Origin: Sumerlaeia bacterium
GTDB lineage: Bacteria; Sumerlaeota; Sumerlaeia; SLMS01; JAHLLQ01
Direction of reading: 5' to 3'
Assembly (NCBI GenBank): GCA_040219255.1
Contig: JAVJSW010000004.1
Location: forward strand, 64,001-128,000
DNA length: 64,000 nucleotides
Positions 37,964-52,577 of the stretch are shown here, piece after piece (position 1 is the first letter of the stretch; each line of letters starts with the position of its first letter). The notes below the pieces were generated by a model. The model saw only the letters and a list, made by a program, of their open reading frames with translations. It ran no database searches and had not been told where the DNA came from. Both the position numbers and the translations under genes were made by a program.

Positions 37964-39163
37964 ATGCGGCGCGACTTACTCGACCAGTTGGATTGTCCTC
38001 TCTGCCAGACCGGCGCCGGTCTGGAGGCACGCGTTTACGCCGAAGAGCCCGCCCCCGGCGGCTCAGCGGACATTGGGGAGGCGCTCCTGAGCTGCCCGGA
38101 ATGCGGGCGCTGGTGGCCGATTTCTGGGGGAGTCGCGGACTTGGTGCGCGACGCGTTGCGCGAGCCCGAGCGCGACGCCGCTTTCCTCGCGCGCCACGGG
38201 TTGTCGGATTCCCTCAGGTCGCCATCTGCCGAAATTTCGGCGGACGACCAGCGCATCCTCGATGAAGGCCGCCATTGGGGCGCGTTCATGCGGCGGTTCT
38301 GGGATGTGGGCGACCGGTCGATTTTCGACGTGCGGATCAAGGGCACCCACCCGCCCTATTACGTGGCAGGCGTCGCCGAGCCCGACGACCGCGACCACGA
38401 CCGGCGCTATGGCGTGTGGCCGGATCATCTGGGGGCGGTGGTGTTTCCCTGGCTGGGCCAGCACGCGGGGCGCTGGGGGGTCGAAGTGGGTTGCGGCGGC
38501 GGGCAGTACGGGCTCGAGGCGGCGCGCCAAGGCGTCCTGATGGCGAGCACGGATCCGAGTTTCGAGGCCCTCGAACTCGCCCGCCGCCACGCTCTGGAGC
38601 AAGGCGTGGCCATCGACTACCTGCGCGCCGAGCCCGCCCATCTGCCGTTCCGGCGCGGGCGGTTCGGGCTTCTGCTAGCCAAGGATTCCCTGCATCATGT
38701 GCCGGATTTAGAGGCGGTTTTTCCCCGGCTGGTGGCGCTGCTGACCGATGATGGCGAGTTCGGCTGCTACGAGCACATCGGCCTTTCGCCTTGGAAGCGC
38801 AAGCTGCTCGGCCGCCTCGCGCCCCGGCTGGTGGAGAAAATGCGGCGCCGCTGGCCGCTCAGCGACGTGCCGGAGGAACTGCTGCGAGACTCGGCAAACG
38901 AGGACGTTTCGATGGACGCGGTGGAGAAAGCGGTACGGACGCACTTCGAGCCTCTTGAGGAATTGGGCGAAATCTTCTTCTACTTCGAGTTCGAGCAGCT
39001 CATCCACTTCGCCTATGGCAAGCGGCGGTGGCTGACGCGGCTGGCGGGGACGGGGGCTTACTGGGCCGAGCGACTCCTGATGCGGCCGTTCCAGCCGGTG
39101 GAGCACTGGGCGTTTCACGGCCGGCGGAAGAATGCGGTGAACAAACGGGAGCCGGGAGCGTAG
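37964..39163 (+). CDS. Class I SAM-dependent methyltransferase with N-terminal Trm112-like Zn ribbon
   Basis: LLDQLDCPLC...LSCPECGRWWPISGGVADL; VEVGCGGG; HLPF; DSLHHVPD. Confidence 0.85.
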   Translation: MRRDLLDQLDCPLCQTGAGLEARVYAEEPAPGGSADIGEALLSCPECGRWWPISGGVADLVRDALREPERDAAFLARHGLSDSLRSPSAEISADDQRILDEGRHWGAFMRRFWDVGDRSIFDVRIKGTHPPYYVAGVAEPDDRDHDRRYGVWPDHLGAVVFPWLGQHAGRWGVEVGCGGGQYGLEAARQGVLMASTDPSFEALELARRHALEQGVAIDYLRAEPAHLPFRRGRFGLLLAKDSLHHVPDLEAVFPRLVALLTDDGEFGCYEHIGLSPWKRKLLGRLAPRLVEKMRRRWPLSDVPEELLRDSANEDVSMDAVEKAVRTHFEPLEELGEIFFYFEFEQLIHFAYGKRRWLTRLAGTGAYWAERLLMRPFQPVEHWAFHGRRKNAVNKREPGA

Positions 39164-39193
39164 GGTGAGAATCCACTCCGGGAGGTGACCCCC

Positions 39194-39623
39194 ATGACAC
39201 GCCAGGACCAACTGCATTATCTGTCCATCGCGCATATCGTTGCGGGGGCGCTGACTCTGATCTGCGGCAGTTTGCCGTTGCTGCATGTGGCGTTGGGGCT
39301 GGCGATGGTGGTGGCTCCCGAAACGATGACGGGAAACAATCCGAACGTCGAACCTCCGCCGGCTTTCATGGGGGTTTTCTTTGTGGGTTTCGGGCTGGTC
39401 GCCGTGGCTCTGGCCTGGGCGATGGGTCTGGCGATGTTGTTTTCGGGCAAGTTCATGCGCGAGCGGCGCCATCACATGTTCTGCTTCATCGTCTCGATTC
39501 TGATGTGTCTAAACATGCCCATCGGCACAATCATCGGGGTCCTGAGCCTGATGTGCCTGATCGACGATGAGACGAAGGCGGAGTTCGACTATCCCGGTCC
39601 GGGGGGACCGCCGAGGCCACCCG

Positions 39624-39652
<29 letters not shown>
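39194..39652 (+). CDS. Hypothetical membrane protein
   Basis: 3-4 TM helices; [29 protein letters not shown]. Confidence 0.75.
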
Positions 39653-41594
<1,942 letters not shown>

Positions 41595-41891
41595 GATGGC
41601 GAAGGGCGGTCTCTCGAGGTTGGGTCGGGGCGGCGCCTGAGCGAACGGGCACCGTGCCGCGTTGGTGTAGCGGGATGGAGGCCTGGGGTCTAGGACGTTG
41701 TTTCGGCGCGGCGCGGGCGCAAGTGGAGCCGATGAAGATTCGGTGAGGCGGGAAATCCGATTGTCGGATGTGATTCACGTCTGGAATAATTGGCGCCAGT
41801 TCGTTTGAAGAAATCCGATCGCGAGACCGTAGCCTTTCTTTAGCGACCGCTCAACGCCCAACCGTTTCCCGTTTCTGGAGAGGTTTCCCAC

Positions 41892-44800
41892 ATGAACGCC
41901 GCATCCGTTCGCACTTGCCTAGTGATCTTGACCTTGGCCGCCAGTTTCTGGCCCGCCGCGGCGAAGGCTCAGACGCCAGCCTCGGCCCGTATCACGGAAG
42001 GCCCCAAGAACAACGAAGCGCAGTTCATGGGCAAATCCGCCAATGACTATCCCGTTCTCCAGGTCGCCATCCAGAATCTGGAAACGGAACGCACCCTGAC
42101 CGTGACGCGCATGGTCTTCCAGGCCTCGGGCACGGGCAACGAGGCCACCGCCCTGGAAACGGACGGCGCCTGGCTGATCCACGATGAGGACGGCGACGGC
42201 GAGTTGAAGCGAGGCGCCGACGGCCTGCCCGCCGAACCGGTGCTGGGCATGACGGATTACGCGGCGGACGACGGCACCGTGGCCTTCACCTTCGACCCGG
42301 TGGAGATCGAGCCCGGCAAGAGCAAGAACTTCACACTGCTCTACAACATGAACGGCTCGGCCACCAAGGACCAGACCTTCCGCGTTTCCCTGGCGGCGCG
42401 AGAGGACGTGACGGCGGGCGTCAAGGACACCATCGACCCCGTGGAATTCCAGGACGGCGCCTTCCCGGTCCTGGGCCTGCAGAAAACCATCGGCAACGGC
42501 ACCATCACGATCACCGTGCTGCCCGACGACCGCGAAACGATCCCCTACTTCATGGCCGGTTCGCCCAAGAGCGAAGCCTTCCGCATCCGCTTCGAAAACA
42601 GCCGCGAAGAACGGGGCCTGCTGCGGGGCTTCTCCGTCACAGCAAGCGGGCCGCTCGATGAAGGGCTGGTGTCGGTGGTGGATGGGTTGCGGTTTTTGAA
42701 GCTGAAGGACGCCAGCACCGATCTGCCCGGGGACCTCGTCACTTCGAAGGATGTACTCTCGACGGCGACACTGAGCGAGGACAATGGCACGGCGACCTTC
42801 GAGCTGGCGGAGCCTGTCAGGCTGGCTCGGGGAGAAGTGATCGTCGGCGTGGTGACAGTGGAATTCGGCGTCGTACCGGAAGAGTACTTCCGGACAACGC
42901 GCTTCTTCATTCCCGAGTCGTCGGTTGTGGTCGAGGGCCTCGGCTCGGAACTGCCGCAGTTGCCGATCCTGGGCGAGGGGTTTTCGGGCCCGCCCAGGCC
43001 CTATCAGGGACTTGGGGTGAGTCTGGAGAACACCAGCCGCGTTTCCGGCGGGCCGGTCATCAAGGGCTCGCAAGACCTGCACGCGTTCGGAATCCAATTC
43101 CGAAACGATGCTTTCGACGACGCGACCTTTACCAGCGTCCGGGTGACGGCGAGCGGCAGCGTCAACGAAGTGGCGGAGTTGACCAAGGTGGAGCTGTGGC
43201 TCGATGGGGAGCGGGACAACGACCTGGAAGGCCCGGGGGACTTGCTCCTGGGGGCGAAGGCTTTTGAGGAGGACAACGGCTCAATCCTGTTCGACGGCTT
43301 CTCCGTCCAGAACCAGGCGAACAGGGCGAATCTCACGCTCATCCTGAGGGTCTCGCTGGCGGACACGATCGAAGAAGGCGAAACGATACGATTCCACGTG
43401 CAGGCCCAAGGCGACGTGATCGGCACGGGCGACAAGACGATAGCGCCGATCGTTCTGAAAAACGCGCCGCTGAACGGCCCCCAGTTCCGCGTCTCGGACG
43501 CGGGCATCATCCTGGTGGACGATCCGACTAACGGTTTCGCAAACGAAGAACGCGGTCCGGAAATCCCCCGCAGCGGCGACGACATTCTGCTTTGGAACTT
43601 CGTTGCGAAGCCCGATCCGGCGGAGCCGGTGCGCCTCGAGGAACTTAACATCCGTCTCGGGGGCTCGGTGGATCACTCCCTTTACATTCAGTCGGCGAAG
43701 CTCTATCAGGACGTCAGCCGACAAGGCAAGTTCGACCCCGACGCCAACAACGTCGTCATCGCGCAGATGGGCACTCCGGTGCGCGATGGTCTGCTGACCT
43801 TCCGGCCCGATCCACCGTTCCTGATGCCAAACAACCGGGACTTCGGGTTCCTGCTGGTGGTCGATCTGAAGGACGCGCCGCAAACGGTGTACGGAGAAAC
43901 CCTGCAATTCACGATCCCTGCCACGATGGACAACGGCGACCCGGGAATGAAGCTGATCGGCGAGTTGAGCCAAACGATCCGCCCGGTCCTGAACCTGCCG
44001 TTCGAGAGCGAGGAGAAGACGATTGTGCAGCCGAAGGTGACGGTGAAGCAGTTGAATATCCGGCCGCCGGGATTTGTGGTTCGTAATTGTATCAACAACG
44101 GAGAGGCGGGATTTCTACAGATCGAACTCACAAACAGCGATAGCGAAAGGATTCGCTGGGATTCGGTCCTCGTTGAGGGCACTTCATTCGATGGCCAGGC
44201 AGGCCTGGACCGGCATATCTACGATGTTTGGATTTTCAATGATCGAAACAAGGATTTTGAATATAACAATAATGACCGTGACATGGGATTCGCTCGGCCG
44301 TTGACCTTTTTCAATAGCGAAGGCAAGGCCCTGATCCCTGTCCGCCAGAAGCTGGATGACTATTATCGTTTCTTCGGCGATGATATTCCTGACTCCATCG
44401 ACCTAACGAGAAGAACGTCGTCGGTTTTCGTTCTCACTTATAGTATGCAGAGCCCGGTTCCTGTTCCAGTAGATAATTCGATCTGGTTTGACAGTGTAGT
44501 TCCTGAAAATGGACTTCGGTTTTTTGGGGATGATTCTGGTGATGAGGTCCTTGTCGAGGTTGTAACAGGAGTTGATCAGTCACTTCCGGGCCAGCGCGTT
44601 GTGGCGGGTAGCGGGGAAGCGACCATTACCAACCGCTCCAACCAGTTGGACACCACCTCCGACGAAACGGACTTCTACTTCACCCCAAGCGTTCCCAAAG
44701 AACTGACCCGAGTTTTCTTGGCTCAGGTCGAGACGGGTATTATTGAGCAATTGATCACCGCCTCCAGCAAACCACTTCGTTTCAAGATCATTCGTTCCGA

Positions 44801-47800
44801 CAAAACCACACCGCTTGAAGACCTGCTTGTAGCGGAGCCGAAAGAGGGCATGGAAGTTGGGGAGCAATTCACTTACTCACCGACTATCTTGATTGGAAAA
44901 ACCCCGAACGACTTGAGTCCAGCGGCGCAAGGAACCATCGAATTCGCTAGCGAGGAAATTATCTTCACTCGGCAGGATTTTGAGAATACTCTGTCTGGCA
45001 TCGATGAGTTTTACTGCTGCCTCGATTCGCCGCGTCGCTACATGGCCCTCGAGCTGCGTTTCAAGCCTGACGCCATGGCGCCGGACTTCCAAGTGGTGAT
45101 CGAAACCATGGACGACCTGCGCTTTGATGGCTATTGCTCCCTCGTCTCGGAGGACCAGATCCCCCACACTTATATCGACAATTATGGCACGGGAACCTAC
45201 CTGATGGAAGGCCCTATCGGCCGCGTCGGGTTCCCGCCAAACGGCCTTCTGATCCGCCTGGACGATCCGCGCGAGGACCTGCCGAACGTTTTCTTCGCCG
45301 ACCGCGCGACGACCTACGCGGCGGTGCAGTGGCGTTTCGCCCGCATCAGCAACGCGGTGGAGCATGTGCTGGTGAATGACCTGACGGTGGAAACGACGGG
45401 AACGATGCCCTTCGAGGTCCTCTTCGATCCCGCCCTGATCGGGTTGAAGTACCGCAATGGCGGGAACAAGGAAGTGACGACGCCGGGAATTTACGATCCG
45501 GTGACGCAAACGATCGGGTTCACGAACCTGGAAATCGACACCTCGAAAACGAACACGGTGGAGTTGCTGCTGACTGGCTCGGCTGGCACCCGCGCGGGTT
45601 TGCGAGATGGCGAGTCGATGATCTTCACGATTCCCACCGGCGGCGTTCTTGGCGCCGGCAAGGATTCGACGCTGCCCCTGACGACCATCTCCGTCATCCC
45701 CGGCGTGAACAATCAAGACCGCCAGAAACTGCCATTCCCCGCGCCGCCGGTGGTGATCGGTGCGGGCATCGCCTATGTCACTGGGCCAGAGAACAGCAGC
45801 CGCTTCCACATCAACGAAGCGACCGGCGTGGTGACGATGACGGCGCGGATTTCCGGCGACCGCTCGGATCAGTATCAGCTTGAGGAGCTGCTGGTGACCG
45901 CGTCGGGAACGGTCGACAGTCTGCTTCACCTCGATGGCGCGGCGGTCCGGCTCTATGAGAGCAAATCGGGTCCCGCCACGTTCGACGAGACGCGCGATAT
46001 CGCTCTCGGCGTTGGCGAATTCGACGGCGCGGGGGAGGCCCGAATCCGGCTGACACCGACCTTCCCCTTTGCCGGACCAAGCGGCAAGTCCATCAAACTG
46101 GTGGTGGACCTGAACGGAACGGCTCCCGACCTGACGACGTTGCAACACAGCCTTGTGGGACAACTGGGACTGAGTGCCCGGGGCAACTTGTCGAGCGATC
46201 TGGCGACGGTTTACTATGCGGAGGATCGGCAGGACCCGGATGCGGCGCGGGTGGACGGGCCGGTGCTGACCATCGGAAAAGCGACGGTGAATATCAACCC
46301 AAGCAACCGGGTGCCGGCGGGCGAGGCGGAAAGCCCGGTCTTCGTGCTGCCAGGCAGCAAAGCCGTTCCCGCGCTGGCCATGGAAGTCCGGGTCCGCGAG
46401 ATCGAAGACATCACGGCCGACAGCCTGACCTTCCAAAGTGCGGGAACCTCCATCGAACCTCAGGCGGTCGAGTCGGCAGCCCTCTATGTGGACATCAACC
46501 GCGACGGTCTGGCCCAGCCGACGGATGTGAAACTGGGCGAAGCGCCCTTCGCTCTGGACGATGAATTCCTGACGATTCCCTTCGACGAGCCCTTCAATCT
46601 GGGCATTGGAGCCAAGAGCGATCTGCTGCTCGTGTACAATCTGACCGGGATGGGGCTTCAGAATCAGACGCTTCAGGCATCGCTGCCCCTTATGCCGCAG
46701 GCGGGCGCCCCCCGAAACGACATTATGGGAGGGCGGGGAATCTTCACCGACCAGCCCATCGGTGCCTATCGCACCAGCGGCGGGGACGAGGCCTTCACGG
46801 GAGCTTATCTCGTCTTCACCGCCGGCATCCTCGAGGTCGACACCGCCACCGGCAATCCCGATTCGGGGCGCAGCGTACGGCCCGATGCGACGGATGAGCC
46901 GCTGTTCGTGTTCTCGCTGCGCGAGCGGTACAACCTCGAGCCCGTCGGTCTGAACCGCGTCCGCGTCAGTGTGGACGTGCCGGAGGAATCGGGCAACCTG
47001 GCGGGGGCGTTTTCGGGGTCGAGCTTTGGACTCTATCGCGAGGCGGAGGAAACGCGCAACGGCATCGTGGACCCGGGCGAGCCGCTGGTGGCGACGGCCG
47101 GCTTCGATCAGGTGACGAGCCGCATCGTGTTCACTTTGGACCCGAATGCGGACATTGTGCCGCAGAACAAGGTCTCGACCTACATCGTGACGGCGACGCT
47201 GAACGCGCCGGAGACGTTTATCGATAAGACGTTCCGCTTGAGTCTGGCGGGCGCGGACTCGGTGACGGGCGTCGGCAAGACGTCGAACCTGCCGTCGATC
47301 ACGCGTCTGACGAAGGAAAACATTCGAACCGGCCTGTTACAGTTCCGCTTCCCGAGCGTGCGCCTGCGTCTATCGACCTCGTCGATTCCCGCGGGTACGG
47401 GCTTCGCGGTCGATTTGCAGAACGCGGAGTTGATGCTTCTGCTGGCGGAGACGACGACGGCTTCGGACGCGCGGTTGACGCGCCTGGTGGTAGACCCGAC
47501 CGGTTCGGCGGACGAATCGGCGGCCTTCGCGGGCGGTGTGGCGCGCCTGATCCAGGACACCGGCACGGACCCGCGCAACATCGATCCGGCCGACACGGTG
47601 ATCGGCACGGCCACTATCGCCCAGGACAACGGACGGATTGTCTTCGACATTCCCCAGAACTCGGTCCCCATGCCCAAGGGCGGGCAAACGCATTTCTTCC
47701 TGTCGGCGGATTTGGCGGCTTCCGCGTTCGAGAACGAGACGCTGGCGTTCCGTATCCCGAACGAACCGGACGCGGTGGTCTTCACCGAATTGCCGGGCTC

Positions 47801-49790
47801 GAAACCGACTCTGAACCAAGGGACCACGCTGCCGATCAGCAGCGGTCCGTACCCGATTGAGGGGCGGCGCATCGCGCTGAGCCATCCGGGAAGCGCGCCG
47901 CTCGAAGACCTGGAAATCCTGCCTGGTGCCACCGGCATCGAAATGATCGCCGCGGACATGGAGGCCACCGACGCGGAGGCGCTGGAGGTCACGAGTCTGG
48001 TGCTGAACGTCGAGAGCACCGGCAATCTGGCGGGCGACCTCGTGAACGGCGAGATTCAAGTGTATTACGATTCGCGCAACGACAACAGGCTGAACACCAG
48101 CCAGGACGAGTTACTGGCGACGGTGGCGGCGGCCCAGGGCGAAGTCCGAGTGGACTTCCCGGCCAATCCGATGCCGCTGGGCGCGGGTGGCCGCGAACGG
48201 CTTTGGGTCGTGGCGAGCTTCTCGGGCGACGGAGCCCAGGGTTCGACCTATCGCGTGAACCTGACGGGCGTGGGAGCCCAGGGTCTCAATTCGAAGTTGT
48301 CCGCCGCCACCGATCCGCTGCCGCATCCGGGGCGCCTGGTGACGATCGCGCCGCCGCGGGCGAACTTCCTGTCGCCGATGTCGGAGTTGTCGCCCCAGCG
48401 CGCCTACGCCGACGAATCGCCCTTCGTCCTGACCAGTCTGCTGCTGGATACGGGACAGGCGGAAGACTTGATGCTTGAGAGCCTGACGGTGACGCTCCAG
48501 CAGGACGCCAAGGGGGCCGGACCGGTTCCGGCGGGGCCGGAGGTTTTCCTCGGGCCTGCTCTGAGCCTGATCTACGACGCCAACGGATCGGGTCAGTACG
48601 AACCCAACGGCGACGAGGTCCTGGCCGCCGATGTGGCCTTTGCGGGCTCTTCGGTGACGTTCGCCGGTCTGAACAAGGCTTTCGACGCGGCCGGCCGCAG
48701 TTACGGCTTCCTGATTACCGGCGAGCTGGATTCACCGGCGACGGGCACCCTGGTCGGTGCGGCCATTACGGCGGCGAACGCCAAGGGTATGGTTTCGGAT
48801 CAGGCGGCGGCCGTCACGGGTCTGCCGATGGCGGGGTCGATACGCACCCTGCTCGGCCCCGCCGAACGCCTGACGCCGCTCTATGTGGACGCGCTGGAGG
48901 AAGAAACCAACATCCTCCAACCCCATGGCGACTGGCACATCCTGGAAGCCCCGGAGGACATGAGCTTCTTCGGCAACAAGGTCCTCGCGACCAATTCCGA
49001 GCGTGGCTTCGCTGTCGCCGCGAACTATACCGCGGACATCCTGCCGGCGTTCGACCTGACGGGATCGCTGGGGCAGGAGCGCTTCGGCTATTGGGTTCGC
49101 TACAACTCGCCCAACACGGGGTACACATTGCGGACCCAATACCTGAACCCGGCGAACGGAAGCTGGGTGAACCTGGGAAGCACGACGGGCCGTGCGAACA
49201 CCGCCTGGCGCTATATCGAGGTCGCTGTCCCAAGCGCCGAGCGCAACAGCGACAACTTCCGGCTGCGCTTCATGCTCGATGGCGCCACGGGCGACTCGCC
49301 CGATTCGTTCGCCTGGATCGACAACCTGACGTTGTTGCCGCCTTCGGGCGATGTCTCCCTCCTGATGGACCGTTTCCAGCCGGCGAACGGCTTCCCGACG
49401 ACGGTGCGCCCGGGGACGAACGATTGGCTTCTCGAACTGCGTCTTCGCAACTCCGGCTCGCTGACGCCTATCGAGTTCCTCGGCTTCGACCTTTATGTGC
49501 AGTCGCGCGACGGCCGCAACATGGCGGACGAGGTGAGCTACGAACTGGCGGAGGGCAATCTGGCGCCCTTGACGAACGGCGAAAACCGGACGCTCAAACT
49601 GCGCTTCACCTTCCCGGAAACGATCAAGGAGGACGAGGTGCTGATCGTTCCGCCGACCATTCTCTACCGCCTGGGGCCGAGCGCCCCGACGGAGCGATAC
49701 GAGGCCGCCGGACCGATGCGGACCGTCGTCCTTTCGATCTTCAAAGGGCAGGTTCCGGCGGATGCTCCAGACGGTTGGTTGGTGAAATAA
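41892..49790 (+). CDS. Giant secreted surface protein (2632 aa) with about 13 degenerate beta-sandwich repeats and a C-terminal Trp tail
   Basis: GGAGAGG RBS; signal peptide ending AAKA; recurring ASG(S/T)xxE..LYxDxxxDG..DNGxIxF..G.T..F units of roughly 150-170 aa; ends [10 protein letters not shown]. Confidence 0.85.
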   Translation: MNAASVRTCLVILTLAASFWPAAAKAQTPASARITEGPKNNEAQFMGKSANDYPVLQVAIQNLETERTLTVTRMVFQASGTGNEATALETDGAWLIHDEDGDGELKRGADGLPAEPVLGMTDYAADDGTVAFTFDPVEIEPGKSKNFTLLYNMNGSATKDQTFRVSLAAREDVTAGVKDTIDPVEFQDGAFPVLGLQKTIGNGTITITVLPDDRETIPYFMAGSPKSEAFRIRFENSREERGLLRGFSVTASGPLDEGLVSVVDGLRFLKLKDASTDLPGDLVTSKDVLSTATLSEDNGTATFELAEPVRLARGEVIVGVVTVEFGVVPEEYFRTTRFFIPESSVVVEGLGSELPQLPILGEGFSGPPRPYQGLGVSLENTSRVSGGPVIKGSQDLHAFGIQFRNDAFDDATFTSVRVTASGSVNEVAELTKVELWLDGERDNDLEGPGDLLLGAKAFEEDNGSILFDGFSVQNQANRANLTLILRVSLADTIEEGETIRFHVQAQGDVIGTGDKTIAPIVLKNAPLNGPQFRVSDAGIILVDDPTNGFANEERGPEIPRSGDDILLWNFVAKPDPAEPVRLEELNIRLGGSVDHSLYIQSAKLYQDVSRQGKFDPDANNVVIAQMGTPVRDGLLTFRPDPPFLMPNNRDFGFLLVVDLKDAPQTVYGETLQFTIPATMDNGDPGMKLIGELSQTIRPVLNLPFESEEKTIVQPKVTVKQLNIRPPGFVVRNCINNGEAGFLQIELTNSDSERIRWDSVLVEGTSFDGQAGLDRHIYDVWIFNDRNKDFEYNNNDRDMGFARPLTFFNSEGKALIPVRQKLDDYYRFFGDDIPDSIDLTRRTSSVFVLTYSMQSPVPVPVDNSIWFDSVVPENGLRFFGDDSGDEVLVEVVTGVDQSLPGQRVVAGSGEATITNRSNQLDTTSDETDFYFTPSVPKELTRVFLAQVETGIIEQLITASSKPLRFKIIRSDKTTPLEDLLVAEPKEGMEVGEQFTYSPTILIGKTPNDLSPAAQGTIEFASEEIIFTRQDFENTLSGIDEFYCCLDSPRRYMALELRFKPDAMAPDFQVVIETMDDLRFDGYCSLVSEDQIPHTYIDNYGTGTYLMEGPIGRVGFPPNGLLIRLDDPREDLPNVFFADRATTYAAVQWRFARISNAVEHVLVNDLTVETTGTMPFEVLFDPALIGLKYRNGGNKEVTTPGIYDPVTQTIGFTNLEIDTSKTNTVELLLTGSAGTRAGLRDGESMIFTIPTGGVLGAGKDSTLPLTTISVIPGVNNQDRQKLPFPAPPVVIGAGIAYVTGPENSSRFHINEATGVVTMTARISGDRSDQYQLEELLVTASGTVDSLLHLDGAAVRLYESKSGPATFDETRDIALGVGEFDGAGEARIRLTPTFPFAGPSGKSIKLVVDLNGTAPDLTTLQHSLVGQLGLSARGNLSSDLATVYYAEDRQDPDAARVDGPVLTIGKATVNINPSNRVPAGEAESPVFVLPGSKAVPALAMEVRVREIEDITADSLTFQSAGTSIEPQAVESAALYVDINRDGLAQPTDVKLGEAPFALDDEFLTIPFDEPFNLGIGAKSDLLLVYNLTGMGLQNQTLQASLPLMPQAGAPRNDIMGGRGIFTDQPIGAYRTSGGDEAFTGAYLVFTAGILEVDTATGNPDSGRSVRPDATDEPLFVFSLRERYNLEPVGLNRVRVSVDVPEESGNLAGAFSGSSFGLYREAEETRNGIVDPGEPLVATAGFDQVTSRIVFTLDPNADIVPQNKVSTYIVTATLNAPETFIDKTFRLSLAGADSVTGVGKTSNLPSITRLTKENIRTGLLQFRFPSVRLRLSTSSIPAGTGFAVDLQNAELMLLLAETTTASDARLTRLVVDPTGSADESAAFAGGVARLIQDTGTDPRNIDPADTVIGTATIAQDNGRIVFDIPQNSVPMPKGGQTHFFLSADLAASAFENETLAFRIPNEPDAVVFTELPGSKPTLNQGTTLPISSGPYPIEGRRIALSHPGSAPLEDLEILPGATGIEMIAADMEATDAEALEVTSLVLNVESTGNLAGDLVNGEIQVYYDSRNDNRLNTSQDELLATVAAAQGEVRVDFPANPMPLGAGGRERLWVVASFSGDGAQGSTYRVNLTGVGAQGLNSKLSAATDPLPHPGRLVTIAPPRANFLSPMSELSPQRAYADESPFVLTSLLLDTGQAEDLMLESLTVTLQQDAKGAGPVPAGPEVFLGPALSLIYDANGSGQYEPNGDEVLAADVAFAGSSVTFAGLNKAFDAAGRSYGFLITGELDSPATGTLVGAAITAANAKGMVSDQAAAVTGLPMAGSIRTLLGPAERLTPLYVDALEEETNILQPHGDWHILEAPEDMSFFGNKVLATNSERGFAVAANYTADILPAFDLTGSLGQERFGYWVRYNSPNTGYTLRTQYLNPANGSWVNLGSTTGRANTAWRYIEVAVPSAERNSDNFRLRFMLDGATGDSPDSFAWIDNLTLLPPSGDVSLLMDRFQPANGFPTTVRPGTNDWLLELRLRNSGSLTPIEFLGFDLYVQSRDGRNMADEVSYELAEGNLAPLTNGENRTLKLRFTFPETIKEDEVLIVPPTILYRLGPSAPTERYEAAGPMRTVVLSIFKGQVPADAPDGWLVK

Positions 49791-49891
49791 TCCCCATTAT
49801 GCGGGGACCAGACTTGACTTGGGGGGCGGCGGTGGGGCCATTTGCTGGCCCCATTTCGACCTCCTCACCGACGAATGAAGGACCTCTCCGC

Positions 49892-51892
49892 ATGACCACC
49901 ACGCAAGCCACCGCCCTGGACATCCCGGCTCTCGAGAAAGCCGCGCTCGCCATCCGCAGCCTTTCCATCGACGCCATCGAAGCCTCCGACAGCGGCCACC
50001 CGGGCTTGCCGATGGGATGCGCCGAGGCGGCCAGCCTCATTTATTTGAACCACCTGCGCTACGATCCCAAGCGCCCCGATTGGCCCAATCGCGACCGCTT
50101 CGTGCTCTCGGCGGGTCACGGCTGCATGCTGCTCTATTCGCTGCTGCACCTGGCTGGCTATGGTCTGGACAAGAAGGAAATCGAGAACTTCCGCCAGCTC
50201 GGATCGAAGACCCCGGGCCACCCGGAATACGGCCACACCGTGGGCGTCGAAACCACCACCGGCCCCCTGGGCCAGGGCGCGGGCAACGCGGTCGGCATGG
50301 GTCTCGCCGGCCTGATGCTGGGCGATCGCTTCGGCAAGGACCTGGTCGATTACCACGTGTACGCCATCTGCTCGGACGGCGACATGATGGAAGGCGTCAG
50401 CGGCGAAGCCTGCTCGTTCGCGGGCCATCATCAGATCGGCAACCTGATTTTCCTCTACGATGACAATAACATCTCGATCGAAGGCCGCACCGACATCACC
50501 TTCAAGGGCGAAAACGTCGGCAAGCGCTATGAAGCCTATGGCTGGCACGTGCAGCACGAGGTGGACGGCCACGATTTCGAGGCCCTGAACGCGGCCATCG
50601 AAGCCGCCAAGGCGGATCCCCGCCCCAGCCTGATCGTGATGCAGACCACCATTGGCAAGGGCTCGCCCAACAAGGCCGACACCCCCGGCATCCACGGCTC
50701 GCCGCTGGGCGCCGACGAAGCCAAGCTGACCAAGGAAGCGCTCGGCATTCCGCTGGACCAGCCCTTCTGGGTGCCCCAGGAAGCCTACGCCGCCTATGAA
50801 GCGCGCGCCAAGGAAGGCGCCGCGCTCTCCGCCGCGTGGGACGAAGCGCTTCGGGCGTCGTCCAAGCGCGCCGAGTTCGAAGCATTCCTGCGCAAAGCCC
50901 CGGTGGACCTGAAGCCCCATCGCCCGAAAGCCGAGCCGGGCAAATCCGCCGCCACCCGCAAGACCGCCGGCGCCGCGGAAAACGCCTACGCCCCGCATGT
51001 GCCGTGGCTGGTGGGCGGGTCCGCCGATCTGGCGCCTTCGACCAACACGCTGATCAAGGACACGACGGCGGTGAAGGCGGGCGATTTCTCGGGCCGCAAC
51101 ATCCACTTCGGCGTGCGCGAGCACGGCATGGGCGCCATCTGCAACGGCCTCGCCGTCAGCGGCTTCAAGCCCTTCGGCGCCACGTTCCTGCAATTCAGCG
51201 ACTACATGCGCGCCAGCGTCCGCCTCTCGGCCCTGATGAAGCTGCCCTGCGTCTGGATCTACACCCACGACTCGATTTTCCTCGGTGAAGACGGCCCAAC
51301 GCACCAGCCCGTCGAACACGTCGCCGCCCTGCGCGCCATCCCGCGCCTGACGGTGATCCGCCCCGCCGACGCCGATGAAGCGGCCGTGGCCTGGGAAGTC
51401 GCCATCGCCAAGCATGATGGCCCGGTGGCGCTGATCCTGACGCGCCAGAACCTGCCGAACCTGGACCGGGGCGATGGCAAGCTGGCCGCCGCCGATGGCC
51501 TGGAGCGGGGCGGCTATGTACTGCGCCCGGAGAAGGACGGCCGCCAGCCCGAACTGATCCTGATCGCCACCGGCTCGGAAGTCCACATCTGCGCCGCGGC
51601 GGCGGAGAAGCTGGAAGCCGCCGGCAAGAGCGTCCGCGTGGTCTCCATGCCAAGCGTCGAACTCTTCGAAGCCCAGGACACCGCCTACCGCGACCAGGTC
51701 CTGCCCCCCACGGTGCGCAAGCGCCTCGTCGTGGAGGCCGGCGTGCCCATGGGCTGGAGCCGCTACGCTACCGAAGACGGCGCCATCCTCGGCATCGACA
51801 CCTTCGGCGAATCGGCCCCGGCGGAAGAGCTTGCCAAGCACTTTGGCTTTACGGCGGAGAATGTGGTGAAGCGGGCGGAGTTGCTGGGGTAG
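49892..51892 (+). CDS. tkt: Transketolase
   Basis: [57 protein letters not shown]. Confidence 0.98.
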   Translation: MTTTQATALDIPALEKAALAIRSLSIDAIEASDSGHPGLPMGCAEAASLIYLNHLRYDPKRPDWPNRDRFVLSAGHGCMLLYSLLHLAGYGLDKKEIENFRQLGSKTPGHPEYGHTVGVETTTGPLGQGAGNAVGMGLAGLMLGDRFGKDLVDYHVYAICSDGDMMEGVSGEACSFAGHHQIGNLIFLYDDNNISIEGRTDITFKGENVGKRYEAYGWHVQHEVDGHDFEALNAAIEAAKADPRPSLIVMQTTIGKGSPNKADTPGIHGSPLGADEAKLTKEALGIPLDQPFWVPQEAYAAYEARAKEGAALSAAWDEALRASSKRAEFEAFLRKAPVDLKPHRPKAEPGKSAATRKTAGAAENAYAPHVPWLVGGSADLAPSTNTLIKDTTAVKAGDFSGRNIHFGVREHGMGAICNGLAVSGFKPFGATFLQFSDYMRASVRLSALMKLPCVWIYTHDSIFLGEDGPTHQPVEHVAALRAIPRLTVIRPADADEAAVAWEVAIAKHDGPVALILTRQNLPNLDRGDGKLAAADGLERGGYVLRPEKDGRQPELILIATGSEVHICAAAAEKLEAAGKSVRVVSMPSVELFEAQDTAYRDQVLPPTVRKRLVVEAGVPMGWSRYATEDGAILGIDTFGESAPAEELAKHFGFTAENVVKRAELLG

Positions 51893-51983
51893 GGCTGCCC
51901 ACGTGACAGGGAACGCCACGTCAGATAGCGGGATCGGATTGAATGACGCGTATCAGGTATAAAGTCATTTCACCTTCGACCCC

Positions 51984-52202
51984 CTAGATTTTCTCCCAAT
52001 CTTCACGGCTGATACCAATTTGTCGAAGCAGGTTGCCCAGCAGTCCGACGCCTATGTCACCTTTGTGCGGATTTGGGATGGTGACAACCAAGTCTCCCCG
52101 AACCATGTACGAGTGGTTCCCCCCTGCATAAGGACCTTCAAAGCCAATGTCCTTGAGAGCGCGAATAAGCTTTCGTCTGCTGATTGGGCCAAAGGGCGGC
52201 AT
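51984..52202 (-). CDS. hicA: HicA family toxin
   Basis: ISRRKLIRALKDIGF..GGNH..VTIPNPH..DIGVGLL..LLRQIGIS. ATG overlaps the hicB stop (TGATG). Confidence 0.9.
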   Translation of the reverse strand: MPPFGPISRRKLIRALKDIGFEGPYAGGNHSYMVRGDLVVTIPNPHKGDIGVGLLGNLLRQIGISREDWEKI

Positions 52203-52444
52203 CAGTTCGCTTCCTGAACAGCCAGCCGAATACCGTTCATTTCGGGAATCGCCATTCCCCTCGAAAGCCTCACCAGCAACCAGCCTTCCAAGACCTCGAG
52301 CAATTCCGCCCGGCATTCCTCCAAGGTGGACGCGTTCGCCCAAACCCCTGGAAAATCAGGGATCTCGCCATAGTACGAGCGGTCGTCCGGCAGAATCTCA
52401 TAAGTGGCGGATTTCATAGCGGCGTCCAGGTATTGGGTAATCAT
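52202..52444 (-). CDS. hicB: HicB family antitoxin (short)
   Basis: MITQYLDAAM..YYGEIPDFPGVWANASTLEECRAELLEVLEGW..IP. Confidence 0.9.
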   Translation of the reverse strand: MITQYLDAAMKSATYEILPDDRSYYGEIPDFPGVWANASTLEECRAELLEVLEGWLLVRLSRGMAIPEMNGIRLAVQEAN

Positions 52445-52577
52445 CGCGTTGGCTTCCTTCGAGCAAGACTCCTGACTCAGCACTCGAATCCTCCCCCACT
52501 CCCTCTCCATTGACAACCCCTTCCTCCATCCGTGAGCCTGCCGCCGTTGAATTCCGGGCGAAAGGGCAGCCCTCTCC

